DNA of 64,000 nt from Candidatus Omnitrophota bacterium. Its GTDB lineage: Bacteria; Omnitrophota; Gorgyraeia; Zapsychrales; Fredricksoniimonadaceae. The translations under genes were made by a program, and so were the position numbers. Below, in pieces: positions 18,466 to 32,417 of the stretch. Every line of letters begins with the position of its first letter. Position 1 is the stretch's first letter. The stretch is taken from the NCBI GenBank assembly GCA_903860135.1, contig CAIOPG010000004.1, positions 272,648-336,647 of the forward strand, read 5' to 3'. The notes under the pieces were generated by a model. That model was not told the origin of the DNA and made no database searches. It saw only the letters and a list, made by a program, of their open reading frames with translations.

Positions 18466-19440
18466 TTATTGCAACAAACTCAACACTTGATCTCTTTCTT
18501 CGAGCAATTCTTTCAATGTTATGGAAATCTTTTCCTGAGCGAACGCATCGTGCTTGAATCCAGGAACAATCCGGCAATCCACGCCGTCCGAAACAAGCGG
18601 AAAGCCAAAAACAAGACCTTCCGTGATCCCATAACTCCCGTCGGAAACAACAGCGGCCGAAAAAAACATCCCTTCGGGTGTCGGCTGACATATCGCACGC
18701 ACGGTGTCAATCACCGCATTGGCCGCCGAGGCTGCTGAGGAAAACCCCCGTGCCTTGATAATCTCGGTGCCACGCTGCTGAACCTTTTCAAGGAACGACC
18801 CTTTGAGCCAGACCTGATCGTTAATAACTTCTTCTGCCGGAATTTTGTTGATCAATGCTTGTTGAAACCCAGGAAACTGTGTGCTTGAATGATTGCCCCA
18901 GATAGCAACGCGTGAAACATCCTTGCAGGCCACCCCTGCCTTAAGTGCCAACTGCGCCACCGCGCGATTTTGATCGAGCATGGTCATGGCAAAAATGCGC
19001 CTCGGATTTATTTTCTTGGCACATTCCTTTGTAATAAAAGCGTTGGTGTTACAGGGGTTCCCAACAACAAGTACCCGGCAATCTGGTTTGGCGCTTGCCG
19101 ATAAAGCCTTGCCTTGCGTCAAGAAAACACGCGCATTGATTTTAAGCAAATCCCCGCGTTCCATCCCCGCCTTGCGTGGCACGCTCCCGATCAAAAGCGC
19201 CCAGTCACAATCATGAAACGCTTCCACGGGGTCTGCCGAGATACTGATTTTTCTTAGCAGAGGAAAGGCACCATCTTCCAACTCCATAACAACGCCACGC
19301 AACGCAGGCAACGACAACTCAAGCTCCAGTAAAGACAATTCAATCGGTGTGTCCTGACCAAACATTTCTCCGGCAGCAATCCGAAAAAGCAACGCATAGC
19401 CGATCTGTCCTGCTGCGCCAGTAACTGCAATTTTAATCAT
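18466..19440 (-). CDS. mdh: Malate dehydrogenase (LDH-like cytoplasmic type)
   Basis: [22 protein letters not shown] Rossmann N-terminus typical of MDH; start taken at MIKIAV (track start 19464 further upstream). Confidence 0.85.
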   Translation of the reverse strand: MIKIAVTGAAGQIGYALLFRIAAGEMFGQDTPIELSLLELELSLPALRGVVMELEDGAFPLLRKISISADPVEAFHDCDWALLIGSVPRKAGMERGDLLKINARVFLTQGKALSASAKPDCRVLVVGNPCNTNAFITKECAKKINPRRIFAMTMLDQNRAVAQLALKAGVACKDVSRVAIWGNHSSTQFPGFQQALINKIPAEEVINDQVWLKGSFLEKVQQRGTEIIKARGFSSAASAANAVIDTVRAICQPTPEGMFFSAAVVSDGSYGITEGLVFGFPLVSDGVDCRIVPGFKHDAFAQEKISITLKELLEERDQVLSLLQ

Positions 19441-19570
19441 ACCATTTAATTCTCCCGCAATCATTGTAATGATTCCGGTAAAATTACGAATAGTTTTTTT
19501 ATTTTTTTACGCCGAATGTCTGTGAAACTGCAGGAATTGCTTCTACTCGGTATGCTGAAAGATTTTTTAA

Positions 19571-19644
19571 TGACCCCAGCGGGATTTGAACCCGCGTTCC
19601 AAGCTTGAAAAGCTTGTGTCCTGACCAGGCTAGACGATGGGGTC
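19571..19644 (-). tRNA. tRNA-Glu (anticodon UUC)
   Basis: Manual cloverleaf: GACCCCA acceptor, anticodon stem CAAGC/GCTTG with loop TTTTCAA, T-arm GCGGG-TTCAAAT-CCCGC; closely resembles E. coli tRNA-Glu; CCA not encoded. Confidence 0.85.
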
Positions 19645-19664
19645 AAGGCTCAAAAGTGTTCCCT

Positions 19665-19692
19665 ATTATATTTTTTCATCTCTCCACGTCAA
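19665..19692 (-). promoter_or_regulatory. Sigma70-type promoter for tRNA-Glu (TTGACG-16-TATAAT on minus strand)
   Basis: Hexamers read from sequence; -10 ends ~20 nt upstream of the tRNA 5' end. Confidence 0.4.
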
Positions 19693-19715
19693 GGGAAATA
19701 TAACATGCTGTCTTA

Positions 19716-22181
19716 TTATTCTTCTGCCGCGTCATCTTCGCGCGCCACCACATTGGCGATAGAAGCCACCGCGTCTCCGGTCTCGAGCATCACCAGCCGC
19801 ACCCCCATGGCACTGCGACCTGTCAGACGGACATCCGCCGGATTACAACGGATCATCATGCCCTGTTTGGTCATGGTCATCAGCTCGCCATCCTCATGCA
19901 CGACAAGCACGCTGACCACCTGACCATTCTTCGCCGTGCATTTCAAGTTGATGATACCCTTGCCACCGCGCGACTGCACGCGGTAATCTTCAAACTTCGA
20001 ACGCTTCGCATACCCCAGCGAGGCAACGGTCAATAGCGTATTGCCGGTCTTATCCGCATTCTGATCAAAAACGATCATGCCAACCACGGCGTCTTTAGAC
20101 GCCAGGCTGATGCCGCGCACGCCCCTGGCCCCGCGGCCGATATCGCGCAATTGCTGTTCCTGGAAGCGCAGGGATTTGCCCAAACGCGTTGCCAAAAGCA
20201 CATCCTTGTTGCCGTCGGATATTTCAACACCGATCAACACATCATCTTTATCCAGCGTGATGCCGATGATCCCGCCCTTGCGCGGATTGCTGAAGGCGGA
20301 AAGTTTCGTCTTCTTCACAACGCCGTGTGCCGTGGCCATCAGAAGGAACTGGTCGTCCTTGAATTCCTTGACCGCGACAATGGCCGTGATGTATTCATCT
20401 GACGAAAAAGATAAAAGATTAACAATGGCCTTGCCCTTGGACTGCCGGGAAGCCACCGGGATCTCGTACACCTTGAGCCAGCGGATAACGCCCTTGTTAG
20501 AAAAGATAAGAAGATAATCCTTGGACGAGGCCACGAACAGCCTTTCCACAAAATCTTCTTCTTTGGTTGTCATGCCGGTAACACCCTTGCCGCCACGCTT
20601 CTGCTTGCGGTAAGTCTGGACGGGAATGCGCTTGACATAACCCGTATTGGAGATCGTGATTGCCATGTCTTCCTCGGCAATCAGGTCTTCCATTTCTATC
20701 TCTTCGGCTTTCCCGGCAATTTCGGTGCGGCGAGGATCGCCAAATTTCGCCTTAAGGTCAGCCAATTCTTTTTTAATGATCGCATCGACCATGGCGGCAC
20801 TGGCAAGAATGGCACGGTAACCATCGATCGCCTTGAGCAATTCGTTGTATTCCGCGTCAATTTTATCGCGTTCCAGACCTGTCAGTTTCTGCAACTGCAT
20901 TTCCAGGATCGCCTGGGCCTGGATCTCGGTGAGGCCGAACAGCCTCATCAACGATGCCTTGGCCTCGGGTGTCGACGGGGACTTACGGATCGTCTGAATG
21001 ATCTCTTCTATGTTCTTTAGGGCGATGCGCAGGCCTTCGAGGATATGCGCGCGGCGCAGGGCTTTATCAAGATCAAATTGTGTGCGTTTGCGGATAACAA
21101 TACGACGATGATCAATATAATAATCCATCAACTGCTTGAGGTTGAGCACGCGCGGATTATTGTTCACTAAAGCAAGGTTGATAATACCAAACGTGGTCTC
21201 GAGCTGGGTGTGCTTGAACAAATAATTAAGGACAATTTGCGCTTCCACATCACGCCGCAATTCAATGACGATACGAATACCGTCCTTATCCGATTCATCG
21301 CGCAAGTCCGTAATACCGTCAACGGCTTTATTCTGCACCAACGAGGCAATGCTCGACACCAGGTTGGACTTATTCACCTGATATGGGATTTCGGTGATAA
21401 TAATAAAATCTTTGCCATTCTTTTGCTGTTCAATGGCAGCTTTGGCGCGAAGATTGATCTTGCCACGGCCCGTCATGTAAGCATCCCTGATGCCCTCCTT
21501 GCCGCAAATAATCCCGGCTGTCGGGAAATCCGGGCCCTTGACAAAACGCATCAGGTCCTTGATCTCGGCTTCAGGATTTTCGATCAGATGCACAACCCCG
21601 TCGATGATTTCGCCCAGGTTGTGCGGTGGCATATTCGTAGCCATACCAACGGCGATACCGCTGGAACCATTCACCAGCAAATTCGGCATCCCCGACGGAA
21701 GGATCGTCGGCTCTTCGAGCGTTGCGTCAAAATTTGGCGCAAATTTAACGGTTTCCTTATCAATGTCTGCCAGCATACTCTCGGTGATCGACGCCATGCG
21801 GGCTTCCGTGTAACGCATCGCGGCCGCCGCATCACCGTCAACCGACCCGAAGTTACCCTGACCATCAACCAACGGATAACGCAGGGAAAACTCCTGCACC
21901 ATGCGCACCATGGTTTCATACACCGCGGAGTCGCCGTGCGGATGGTATTTACCCAACACTTCACCGACGATACGCGCACTCTTCTTATAAGACTTGTTAT
22001 GCTCCAGATGCAACTCTTTCATCGCATACAGGACCCTGCGGTGCACAGGCTTCAAGCCGTCGCGGACATCCGGCAGGGCGCGCCCCACAATAACGCTCAT
22101 GGAATACGCCAGATAAGAGGACTTCATTTCCTCTTCAATGGCAACAGGAACGATCTTTTCTTTCTTAGTGAAATCTTTCAT
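19716..22181 (-). CDS. gyrA: DNA gyrase subunit A
   Basis: 821 aa; N-terminal …[25 protein letters not shown]… QRDR region; C-terminal beta-pinwheel repeats. Confidence 0.95.
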   Translation of the reverse strand: MKDFTKKEKIVPVAIEEEMKSSYLAYSMSVIVGRALPDVRDGLKPVHRRVLYAMKELHLEHNKSYKKSARIVGEVLGKYHPHGDSAVYETMVRMVQEFSLRYPLVDGQGNFGSVDGDAAAAMRYTEARMASITESMLADIDKETVKFAPNFDATLEEPTILPSGMPNLLVNGSSGIAVGMATNMPPHNLGEIIDGVVHLIENPEAEIKDLMRFVKGPDFPTAGIICGKEGIRDAYMTGRGKINLRAKAAIEQQKNGKDFIIITEIPYQVNKSNLVSSIASLVQNKAVDGITDLRDESDKDGIRIVIELRRDVEAQIVLNYLFKHTQLETTFGIINLALVNNNPRVLNLKQLMDYYIDHRRIVIRKRTQFDLDKALRRAHILEGLRIALKNIEEIIQTIRKSPSTPEAKASLMRLFGLTEIQAQAILEMQLQKLTGLERDKIDAEYNELLKAIDGYRAILASAAMVDAIIKKELADLKAKFGDPRRTEIAGKAEEIEMEDLIAEEDMAITISNTGYVKRIPVQTYRKQKRGGKGVTGMTTKEEDFVERLFVASSKDYLLIFSNKGVIRWLKVYEIPVASRQSKGKAIVNLLSFSSDEYITAIVAVKEFKDDQFLLMATAHGVVKKTKLSAFSNPRKGGIIGITLDKDDVLIGVEISDGNKDVLLATRLGKSLRFQEQQLRDIGRGARGVRGISLASKDAVVGMIVFDQNADKTGNTLLTVASLGYAKRSKFEDYRVQSRGGKGIINLKCTAKNGQVVSVLVVHEDGELMTMTKQGMMIRCNPADVRLTGRSAMGVRLVMLETGDAVASIANVVAREDDAAEE

Positions 22182-22205
22182 CTATGAAACCTTTGTTAAA
22201 CAAGA

Positions 22206-25000
<2,795 letters not shown>

Positions 25001-26181
25001 AATTTTCTTTACGGATCACACACTTTGTGTCTTGCCCTGATAACTCAAGCTCCACTTCTGTATCCGTTATGTTTTTCAGGATATCCTGCATGTATTGTGG
25101 ATTATACCCCACCATCACTTCATTGCCGCCATAAACGATCGGCAATTCCTCACGGGACTCTCCAATATCGGGTGTTGTTTTTGTCACTATCAATTTATCT
25201 TTGAAAACTTCAAATTTTACTGCCTGATAATCAGGTATAGATAATAAATTGGCTCGACGGATAGCCGCCAGAAAATCCTGGGTGTTGATTCTAACTTTTA
25301 CAGCCGTTTCTTTGGGAATAACCTGTGAATAATTTGGAAAATCTCCTTCAATGATGCGTGTGGCAATTAAAACGCCATTGATATCAAACATCACCTGACT
25401 GGTTCCAGGAACAAACAGCACATCTCCAATATCTTTCAGATTTCTATTTATTTCAGCAACGGCTTTAATAGGTAATATAAAACTTACATCTTGTATTACA
25501 GGTTCCAGCAAAGCGCACTCCATTTTAGCCAAGCGACGACCATCGGTTGCCACTAGACGTAAAATATTTTTTGTGGCTTCCATTAATATACCATTAAGCA
25601 CATACCGTGATTCTTCATGAGAAACAGCAAACGCTGTCATACGAAACATTTCTTTTAGATCTGACTGTTTGATCTTAATGGCTTCTTTATCTTTAAATTC
25701 CGGGAATTTTGGAAATTCTTCTTTGGGCAAACCTAATAATTTAATATTGCAATGCTGACCTTCAATGTCAATTTGATTATTTTTTCGGGTATTGATTACC
25801 ACATCTCCACTGGGAAATTCACGAATAATATCGCTGAATCTTTTGGCTGGAATGGTAATAGCTCCATCCTCCATAATACTAACAGGGATCTCACAGCAAA
25901 TCCCTATATCAAGATCAGTTGTATATAAACATAATGTATCTTTTTTTGTTTCCAACAACATATTGGAAAGAATCGGCAGTGTGGCTTTTGATGAAACAAC
26001 ATTTTGAACAGTTTGGATTCCATAAAGCAGAGCTTCTTTAGTTATTTTAACCTTCATGTTATACACAACTCCTTTATTTCTCTATTTAAAAACACGTTTA
26101 GTAATAATGGTTATAGGTGCTGTGAATATTTTAATAAGTTCAAAAACTATTCAAACATAACGAGTTGTAAAATATATACAT

Positions 26182-26190
26182 TGTGGATAA
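26182..26190 (-). promoter_or_regulatory. DnaA box (TGTGGATAA = TTATCCACA on minus) in dnaN–dnaA spacer
   Basis: Perfect 9-mer consensus read from sequence. Confidence 0.5.
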
Positions 26191-26208
26191 CTTGCAACAT
26201 ACGGTGAA

Positions 26209-27561
26209 CTATTGTTTAAGAATCACCGTTAGCTTATCAATAATATACTTTATTTCACTGTTTTTACTAAGGTTTTCCTCAACTTTTTTACAGGCGTATA
26301 AAACAGTTGTATGATCTTTGCCTCCAAAAGCTTTGCCTATTTCAAGAAGAGAGTGGCGCGTTAAAGTTCGTGTTAAATACATGGCAATTTGCCGCGGAAA
26401 AACAAAAGTTTTTGTTCTTTTGGAACTTTTTAGGTCATTAATATTTAATTTGAAATGATCACAAATGATTTGTTGAACCATTTCAACACTGATAATTTTA
26501 GTTGTTTCCTGAACCATATTTTTTAATACTATTTGTGCTAACAGCATCGTGATTGGCTTTTCCTGAAGGATGGAACTTGCCACAACACGAATAAGGGCAC
26601 CTTCAAGTTCACGTATATTGGTTTTGATTTGTTCAGCAATAAAATATACAACCTCATCTGGAACATGCACATTTTCCAGTTCAAGTTTTTTACGCAAAAT
26701 GGCCACACGATTTTCAAAATCGGGCGGTTGTATATCAACTGTCAAGCCCCATAAGAAACGTGTGACAAGGCGCTCTTCCAGGTCGGAAATTTCTTTGGGA
26801 GGCCGGTCGGAACTGATAACGATCTGTTTACGGTTATCATGCATAGCGTTAAAAGTATGAAAAAATTCTTCCTGAGTTGAACGTTTTCCGGCAATAAATT
26901 GAATATCGTCAATAAGAAGGATGTCGACATTGCGGTATTTTTGTTTAAATTCATTGGTTGTTTTATGATGAATGGATTCAATTAGCTCATTGGTGAACTG
27001 TTCCGACGTTAAATAAACGCATTGGGCAACAGGATTCATGCGTAATACTTCATGCACAAGTGCTTGCATCAAATGTGTTTTTCCGAGACCAGACTGACCA
27101 TAAATGAATAAAGGATTGTAAGCTTTGGCCGGTGCATTGGCAACGGCCTGACTGGCGCGGCAGGCCATTTGATTGGATGACCCAATAACAAAATTTTCAA
27201 ACGTTAGGCGTGGATTAAGATTTGATCTGCCGGGTTTTTTTATAGAAGAAAAAGCCGGTGGTGTTGCTAAAGGGATTGCAATAGCGGGAACATGTTGTTG
27301 ATGAGCCAATGCTTCAAAAGGAACAACCCGTGTTTCGATTTGAATATTTTTTTGTGTATGTGTTTTCAGGATTTCTTGAATCGTATCAAAATAATGTTCT
27401 ACAACCCAATTTTTAAAGAATTCATCTGGGGTTATTAAAGTAAGGGTGTTTTCAGCTTCAGAAACCACATGAAAGTTTGAAAACCACGATAGGTAAGCAC
27501 TATCCCCTATTTTCTGACGAATTTCAGTTTGAGCTTCAGTCCAGACTTTAAGGGTATCCAT
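26209..27561 (-). CDS. dnaA: Chromosomal replication initiator protein DnaA
   Basis: AAA+ Walker A GQSGLGKTHL, DnaA signature, C-terminal HTH (…RQIAMYLTRTLTRHSLLEIGKAFGGKDHTTVLYACKKV…); start taken at MDTLKVW (track start 27597 is a TTG). Confidence 0.9.
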   Translation of the reverse strand: MDTLKVWTEAQTEIRQKIGDSAYLSWFSNFHVVSEAENTLTLITPDEFFKNWVVEHYFDTIQEILKTHTQKNIQIETRVVPFEALAHQQHVPAIAIPLATPPAFSSIKKPGRSNLNPRLTFENFVIGSSNQMACRASQAVANAPAKAYNPLFIYGQSGLGKTHLMQALVHEVLRMNPVAQCVYLTSEQFTNELIESIHHKTTNEFKQKYRNVDILLIDDIQFIAGKRSTQEEFFHTFNAMHDNRKQIVISSDRPPKEISDLEERLVTRFLWGLTVDIQPPDFENRVAILRKKLELENVHVPDEVVYFIAEQIKTNIRELEGALIRVVASSILQEKPITMLLAQIVLKNMVQETTKIISVEMVQQIICDHFKLNINDLKSSKRTKTFVFPRQIAMYLTRTLTRHSLLEIGKAFGGKDHTTVLYACKKVEENLSKNSEIKYIIDKLTVILKQ

Positions 27562-27597
27562 AATACCAGATATTCTTTCTATAGTGGAACATATCAA

Positions 27598-27878
27598 AAC
27601 ACATAAGTCTAATCAAATTAACAACATAGGCGTTTACTAAAAAACAATTAACAAGTTATCCACAGGTGTTAAAATCTTTACGTTGTTGTTTTTGAATATG
27701 TATCATTTAGTTTGGAAGTAGGATTATCTTTTTGCTATAAAAATCAAATTTTGGTTATTATAGCAAAGAACATTTCAATTTCAATGTCATTCTTCCTGAC
27801 CGTCTCAATTCTTGGGTTTGATAATTCAGAATACAGGCTATTGACTTCACAAGAGCGTGTGTTATAATTTGACCCATT
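27598..27878. other. Candidate oriC: AT-rich dnaA–rpmH intergenic region with a perfect DnaA box TTATCCACA at 27656-27664 and AT-rich unwinding-type tract (27700-27780)
   Basis: Position between divergently transcribed dnaA and rpmH; consensus box read directly; other boxes may be degenerate. Confidence 0.45.
27841..27868 (+). promoter_or_regulatory. Sigma70 promoter of rpmH (TTGACT-16-TATAAT)
   Basis: Near-consensus hexamers 11 nt upstream of the rpmH ATG. Confidence 0.6.
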
Positions 27879-28016
27879 ATGAAAAAAACATTAAAAACAC
27901 CCACAAAGATCAAAGGTAAAAAAACACACGGCTTCCGTACACGTATGGCGACAGCAGATGGTCGCAAGGTGTTGTCGAAAAGGCGTGCCAAAGGTCGCAA
28001 GCGTTTAGCCGTTTAA
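27879..28016 (+). CDS. rpmH: 50S ribosomal protein L34
   Basis: Manual translation [45 protein letters not shown] (45 aa); below track size cutoff. Confidence 0.9.
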   Translation: MKKTLKTPTKIKGKKTHGFRTRMATADGRKVLSKRRAKGRKRLAV

Positions 28017-28034
28017 CTGACAGCTGTCACGTTT

Positions 28035-28235
28035 ATGATCTGTTTTTTAATCAGGACCTATCAGACCGCGAGCAGGTTGTTTCTTCCTAAAGCTTGCCGT
28101 TTTTATCCGTCTTGTTCAGCATATACGTTAGAGGCTATTCAAAAATACGGCACCTGCAAAGGCCTGAGGGTGGGGTTTCTCCGTATTTTAAAATGTTCCC
28201 CATTTTCACGCGGGGGCTATGACCCGGTAAGGTGA
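28035..28235 (+). CDS. yidD: Membrane protein insertion efficiency factor YidD
   Basis: CRFYPSCSAY motif; 66 aa. Confidence 0.85.
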   Translation: MICFLIRTYQTASRLFLPKACRFYPSCSAYTLEAIQKYGTCKGLRVGFLRILKCSPFSRGGYDPVR

Positions 28236-28239
28236 TTGT

Positions 28240-29847
28240 ATGGAAAAAAGGTTTTTTCTTGCGGCTGTTTTATCATTAGGTGTTCTTTTTGGTTTTCAAT
28301 CATTTTTTGGGCCAGCGAATAAAAAAGCTCAGCCATCTGCACCTACCCCTCCTTCACTGACCTCTTTTGAAAAAAGCATTGTTCCCGATCCGTTGAACGT
28401 TACCACATCTTTAGCGGAGATTGCCAAAGACACGGCTTCTTTTAATGAAAAAAACATCACATTGGAGAACAAACATTACCAGGTTGAACTGACAAACAGG
28501 GGGGCCAATGTTTCACGGCTTATATTAAAGGAATACGCGTATTCGCTCCCTGTTAGAAACTTGGCTACCCTCGATGCGTTTGATAACCTACCCTTCGCGT
28601 TTGATTTGATTGATAAAAATAAGCTTAAAAGTACACACCAAGGTGACGGATGGTTAGTTGAAAAAGATATCACATTAAATGATAATTTTACGATCAGTAC
28701 CACTATCGTTGTAAAGAATACAGCCACAGTTCCACAAAATTTTATTTCAAAAAGCACAAATATTCTTGTGGACATGAACAGACTGGACAAAAGCAATGTC
28801 CAGTCTGATATGACTTTATTTGAATATGTATTTAAATCAGATAAAAAATTCATCCGTAAAAATAATGTTTCAAATTTTAATGAAAAGTGGAATAAACAAG
28901 AAACATTAAATATTAATTGGGTCGCTTTCAGAGATAAATATTTCGTTGTTCTTGTTCAACCCAAACAAGAAGAAATGAACTATGCAACAAACTTTATTTC
29001 TCCAAAAGAACTTGTCCTAGGCACGCAAAATGAAATAAAAACGGTTGCCCCTGGTCAAACCATCATATATGAGTATAAGATTTTCGCCGGCCCGCAAAAG
29101 TTGGATGTTCTAAAAAATGCCAATAATGGGTTTGAGAAGGTTTTAGTTTTTAGCGATTGGGGTTGGCTCGACGCCGTATCCAAAGCCATTTATTGGATGC
29201 TCGGCGCTATGCACAAGATTGTGCCCAATTGGGGTATCTGCATCATATTTATAAGTCTTTTTGTTTATGGAATTATGTACCCTTTGACTTTAAAAAGTCT
29301 TCTTTCGATGAAGAAGCTTCAAGCACTACAGCCAAAAATGAAAGAACTGCAAGAAAAATATAAAAACAACCAGGAGCGTTTGAGCAAAGAAATCATGGAG
29401 TTGTACAAGGTTAACCAGGTTAATCCTTTGGGCGGCTGTTTACCCATGATCTTGCAAATGCCCATTTTTGTTGGTTTATATCAGGTGCTCTGGCGTTCTG
29501 TTTACTTTCGTGGTGAAAGTTTTCTTTGGATTAAAGATTTATCTATGCCCGATCACACCATTAAACTTCCGTTTACTATTCCTTTTTTAGGAGAATACGT
29601 AAATATTTTGCCTATCCTCATGATTATCATTATGGGAATTCAGCAAAAGTTGAATCTGCAATCGAATAGCACGGGAACAGAAGAGCAGGTTTCACAGCAA
29701 AAAATGATGGCGGTCATGCTCCCTATTCTTATTGGGTTCATCTTCTATAATATGGCCAGCGGTCTAAATCTTTATTTTGTGGTGTTTTATATATTGTCCA
29801 CACTGAGCCAATGGCACATTTCAAAAGACGTGAAAGCCATTGTTTAG
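28240..29847 (+). CDS. yidC: Membrane protein insertase YidC
   Basis: 535 aa; N-terminal TM + periplasmic domain, C-terminal 60KD_IMP core (…PLGGCLPMILQMPIFVGLYQVL…). Confidence 0.9.
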   Translation: MEKRFFLAAVLSLGVLFGFQSFFGPANKKAQPSAPTPPSLTSFEKSIVPDPLNVTTSLAEIAKDTASFNEKNITLENKHYQVELTNRGANVSRLILKEYAYSLPVRNLATLDAFDNLPFAFDLIDKNKLKSTHQGDGWLVEKDITLNDNFTISTTIVVKNTATVPQNFISKSTNILVDMNRLDKSNVQSDMTLFEYVFKSDKKFIRKNNVSNFNEKWNKQETLNINWVAFRDKYFVVLVQPKQEEMNYATNFISPKELVLGTQNEIKTVAPGQTIIYEYKIFAGPQKLDVLKNANNGFEKVLVFSDWGWLDAVSKAIYWMLGAMHKIVPNWGICIIFISLFVYGIMYPLTLKSLLSMKKLQALQPKMKELQEKYKNNQERLSKEIMELYKVNQVNPLGGCLPMILQMPIFVGLYQVLWRSVYFRGESFLWIKDLSMPDHTIKLPFTIPFLGEYVNILPILMIIIMGIQQKLNLQSNSTGTEEQVSQQKMMAVMLPILIGFIFYNMASGLNLYFVVFYILSTLSQWHISKDVKAIV

Positions 29848-30034
29848 TATGGCTGTAATGTCCAAGTCCGTTGAGTTTGAAGGCAAGACATTAGAAATCG
29901 CTATAAAAAAAGCGGAAGATATGTTCAATGTTTCACGTGAAACATTGGATATTAAGGTTGTTTGTGAAGAACAGCGCGGACTGTTTGGTATGGAAGGCGC
30001 TAAATTAGCCAAAATCAAGGCCAAGCGTAAATAA
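29840..30034 (+). CDS. Jag_N-domain-only protein (KhpB N-terminal domain homolog, 64 aa)
   Basis: SKSVEFEGKTLEIAIKKAEDMFNVSRETLDIKVV…GLFGMEGAKLAKIKA matches Jag N-terminal domain; no KH/R3H part follows. Confidence 0.5.
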   Translation: MFSMAVMSKSVEFEGKTLEIAIKKAEDMFNVSRETLDIKVVCEEQRGLFGMEGAKLAKIKAKRK

Positions 30035-30065
30035 TATTTTTTAGATTTTTTACAAACAGTTAAAT

Positions 30066-30081
30066 AGTTTCACGTGGAACA
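30066..30081. promoter_or_regulatory. parS-like site AGTTTCACGTGGAACA (14/16 match to TGTTTCACGTGAAACA)
   Basis: Read from sequence ~160 nt upstream of parA. Confidence 0.55.
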
Positions 30082-30242
30082 CCACTCTAAGCACGTGTTA
30101 TTAATAAGAATATAATATAGACAAAACAGCGCGTTTCTCAAGTACAGGATCACTGAAAGCAAGTTGAGAATAAAATACATGTTTATGTGTGCGGCAACGT
30201 CGGGAAATAAAGGCTAATACACAATCCGGGGTTAAGGCGCGT

Positions 30243-31028
30243 ATGGCTAAAATCATTACGATTTGCAATCAAAAAGGTGGCACAGGAAAGACAACAACCG
30301 CGGTTAATTTATCAGCGGCCTTGGCTGACTGCGGTAAAAAGGTTTTACTTGTAGATATGGACCCGCAGGGTAATGCTACCAGCGGGGTGGGTATCAACAA
30401 GAACGAGATAAAACACTCCGCTTACGAAGTTCTACTACACAAAATACAAGCCCCCCAGGCTATTCTTAAAACAGCGAACACCAAGCTAGATGTTATTCCT
30501 TGCAACATTCATCTTACAGGTGCTGAAATTGAGCTTGTTGGGGTATTATCGAGGGAAAATCGGCTGAAGAAGGCCCTTATTGAAGTGCGGTCGCAGTATG
30601 ATTATATTTTATTAGATTCACCCCCATCGTTAGGTTTACTCACGTTAAATGCATTGGTCGCTGCGGATTCGATCATTATCCCTATTCAGTGTGAGTTTTA
30701 TGCCTTGGAAGGCGTTTCACAGTTGCTCAATACTATTGGTCTTGTCCGAGATGGTCTTAACTCAAATCTTGAAATCGAGGGTGTGCTATTAACCATGGCA
30801 GACATTAGAACAAATTTAAGTGTTGAGGTTATTAATGAAATCCGAAATTATTTTAAAGAAAAAGTTTATCAGGCAATCATCCCGCGCAACATTCGTTTAA
30901 GTGAAGCACCAAGCCACGGTAAGCCGATCAATGCGTACGATCCGTCTTCTATCGGAGCCAAGAAATATGCTGAATTGGCAGAAGAAGTGATACGAAGAAA
31001 TAATCCGACGGCGATATTGTCCAAATAG
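30243..31028 (+). CDS. parA: Chromosome partitioning ATPase ParA/Soj
   Basis: MAKIITICNQKGGTGKTTTAVNL deviant Walker A; start taken at MAKI (track 30189). Confidence 0.9.
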   Translation: MAKIITICNQKGGTGKTTTAVNLSAALADCGKKVLLVDMDPQGNATSGVGINKNEIKHSAYEVLLHKIQAPQAILKTANTKLDVIPCNIHLTGAEIELVGVLSRENRLKKALIEVRSQYDYILLDSPPSLGLLTLNALVAADSIIIPIQCEFYALEGVSQLLNTIGLVRDGLNSNLEIEGVLLTMADIRTNLSVEVINEIRNYFKEKVYQAIIPRNIRLSEAPSHGKPINAYDPSSIGAKKYAELAEEVIRRNNPTAILSK

Positions 31029-31077
31029 CACTTGTACAAATGTCCAATAAATACGTCCAATCTGATAAGGTGAGAAT

Positions 31078-31926
31078 ATGGCATTAGGTCGTGGTCTTTC
31101 TGCGTTAATCGCCGAAAGAAAAGAAGTTCCGCCAGCGTCTACAGGTCAGTTGCACGTTGATATTGCACTGATCAATGACAATCGGTTTCAACCGCGCCAG
31201 ACGTATGATATTGCTAAAATTGATGAATTGGCGGCTTCTATTAAGGATCAAGGGTTGTTGCAGCCCTTGGTGGTTAGGCCGATTGATCATGGGTTTGAGG
31301 TGGTGGCTGGTGAGCGTCGTTTGAAGGCGGCGCGCAAGCTAGGCTTGTTGCAGGTGCCGGTGATCGTGCGTGACGTTACCGATCAGGAGGCACTGGTTTT
31401 AGCTTTGGTTGAAAATCTTCAGCGTGAGGAGTTAAATCCCATTGAAGAGGCGGAAAGTTTTCGGCGTCTGGTAGATGAGTTTCAGCAGTCCCAAGAAGAC
31501 GTGGCGCGCCTGGTCAGCAAAGATCGTGCCACCGTAGCCAATCTTTTGCGTTTATTGAAGTTGCCCAAAGACATACAGCGAGCCGTGTCCGACGGACGTA
31601 TTTCCGCGGGTCATGCGCGGGCTATCCTTGCCGTAGATTCAGCGGAACGTCAGCGCGAAATTTTCACCCGCATCCTTGACGAAAAACTTTCGGTGCGCGA
31701 AGCCGAAGCGTTGACAAAAGCCGATGCAGCGCAAGTGATTGCGAAAGATAAGCATAAGTTAAAGCCTTTGAAAGACCCTGAAATAGCAGCCCTTGAAACG
31801 GAATTGCGTGGCATCTTTGGAGTCAAAGTTCAGGTGTGCAATGCGCGCGGCAATAAGGGGAAAGTGGTGATAGAGTATTATTCGCTCGATGATCTTGACC
31901 GTATATTAGAGGTGGTGCGTCGATGA
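31078..31926 (+). CDS. parB: Chromosome partitioning protein ParB/Spo0J
   Basis: ParB box …GLLQPLVVRP…EVVAGERRLKAA…, HTH, C-terminal dimerisation domain. Confidence 0.9.
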   Translation: MALGRGLSALIAERKEVPPASTGQLHVDIALINDNRFQPRQTYDIAKIDELAASIKDQGLLQPLVVRPIDHGFEVVAGERRLKAARKLGLLQVPVIVRDVTDQEALVLALVENLQREELNPIEEAESFRRLVDEFQQSQEDVARLVSKDRATVANLLRLLKLPKDIQRAVSDGRISAGHARAILAVDSAERQREIFTRILDEKLSVREAEALTKADAAQVIAKDKHKLKPLKDPEIAALETELRGIFGVKVQVCNARGNKGKVVIEYYSLDDLDRILEVVRR

Positions 31927-32417
31927 AGGAGAATATCCTTGTTATTGTGAAGCCTGATGGCATGGTTAAGGGGCACGCGGGGCATGTGTTGACGCGTTTT
32001 GAGGAAACCGACCTTAAACTTGTTGGAGCACGGGTTGTTAAGGTGACGCGTGAGCTGGCCGAGGCGCATTATTTCCAGCTACGCGAAAAACCGTTCTTTG
32101 ATGAGCTCATTCATTTTTTGATGGGCGATCTGCACAATCATCAAGACATGGTGCTGGCGATGGCTTTTACGGGCGAAGACGCGGTCAAGAAGGGGCGTCA
32201 GATCGCCGGAGCCACTAATCCTGAGTTGGCTGACCCTCATTCGATCAGGGGCAGTATGGGGCGCGTAACGACCAAGGGTGTTTTTGAAAATGTCATCCAC
32301 GTCTCTTCTGATACAAACGAAGGGGAGCGCGAGATCAAACTATGGTTCACCCCCGAAGAAGTCGCCTTGGCACTTTTTTCGGTGGCAACATCAGGTCACA
32401 GAAAGGTTTGGGCATGA
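31923..32417 (+). CDS. ndk: Nucleoside diphosphate kinase
   Basis: …LVIVKPDGMVKGHAGHVL…; NDK fold motifs; C-terminally extended relative to typical 140 aa. Confidence 0.8.
   Translation: MKENILVIVKPDGMVKGHAGHVLTRFEETDLKLVGARVVKVTRELAEAHYFQLREKPFFDELIHFLMGDLHNHQDMVLAMAFTGEDAVKKGRQIAGATNPELADPHSIRGSMGRVTTKGVFENVIHVSSDTNEGEREIKLWFTPEEVALALFSVATSGHRKVWA

Noticed and set aside
21210-22187. 325-aa plus-strand ORF
   Set aside because: Lies entirely antisense within gyrA, whose protein identity is unambiguous; His/Arg-rich composition typical of antisense artefacts.
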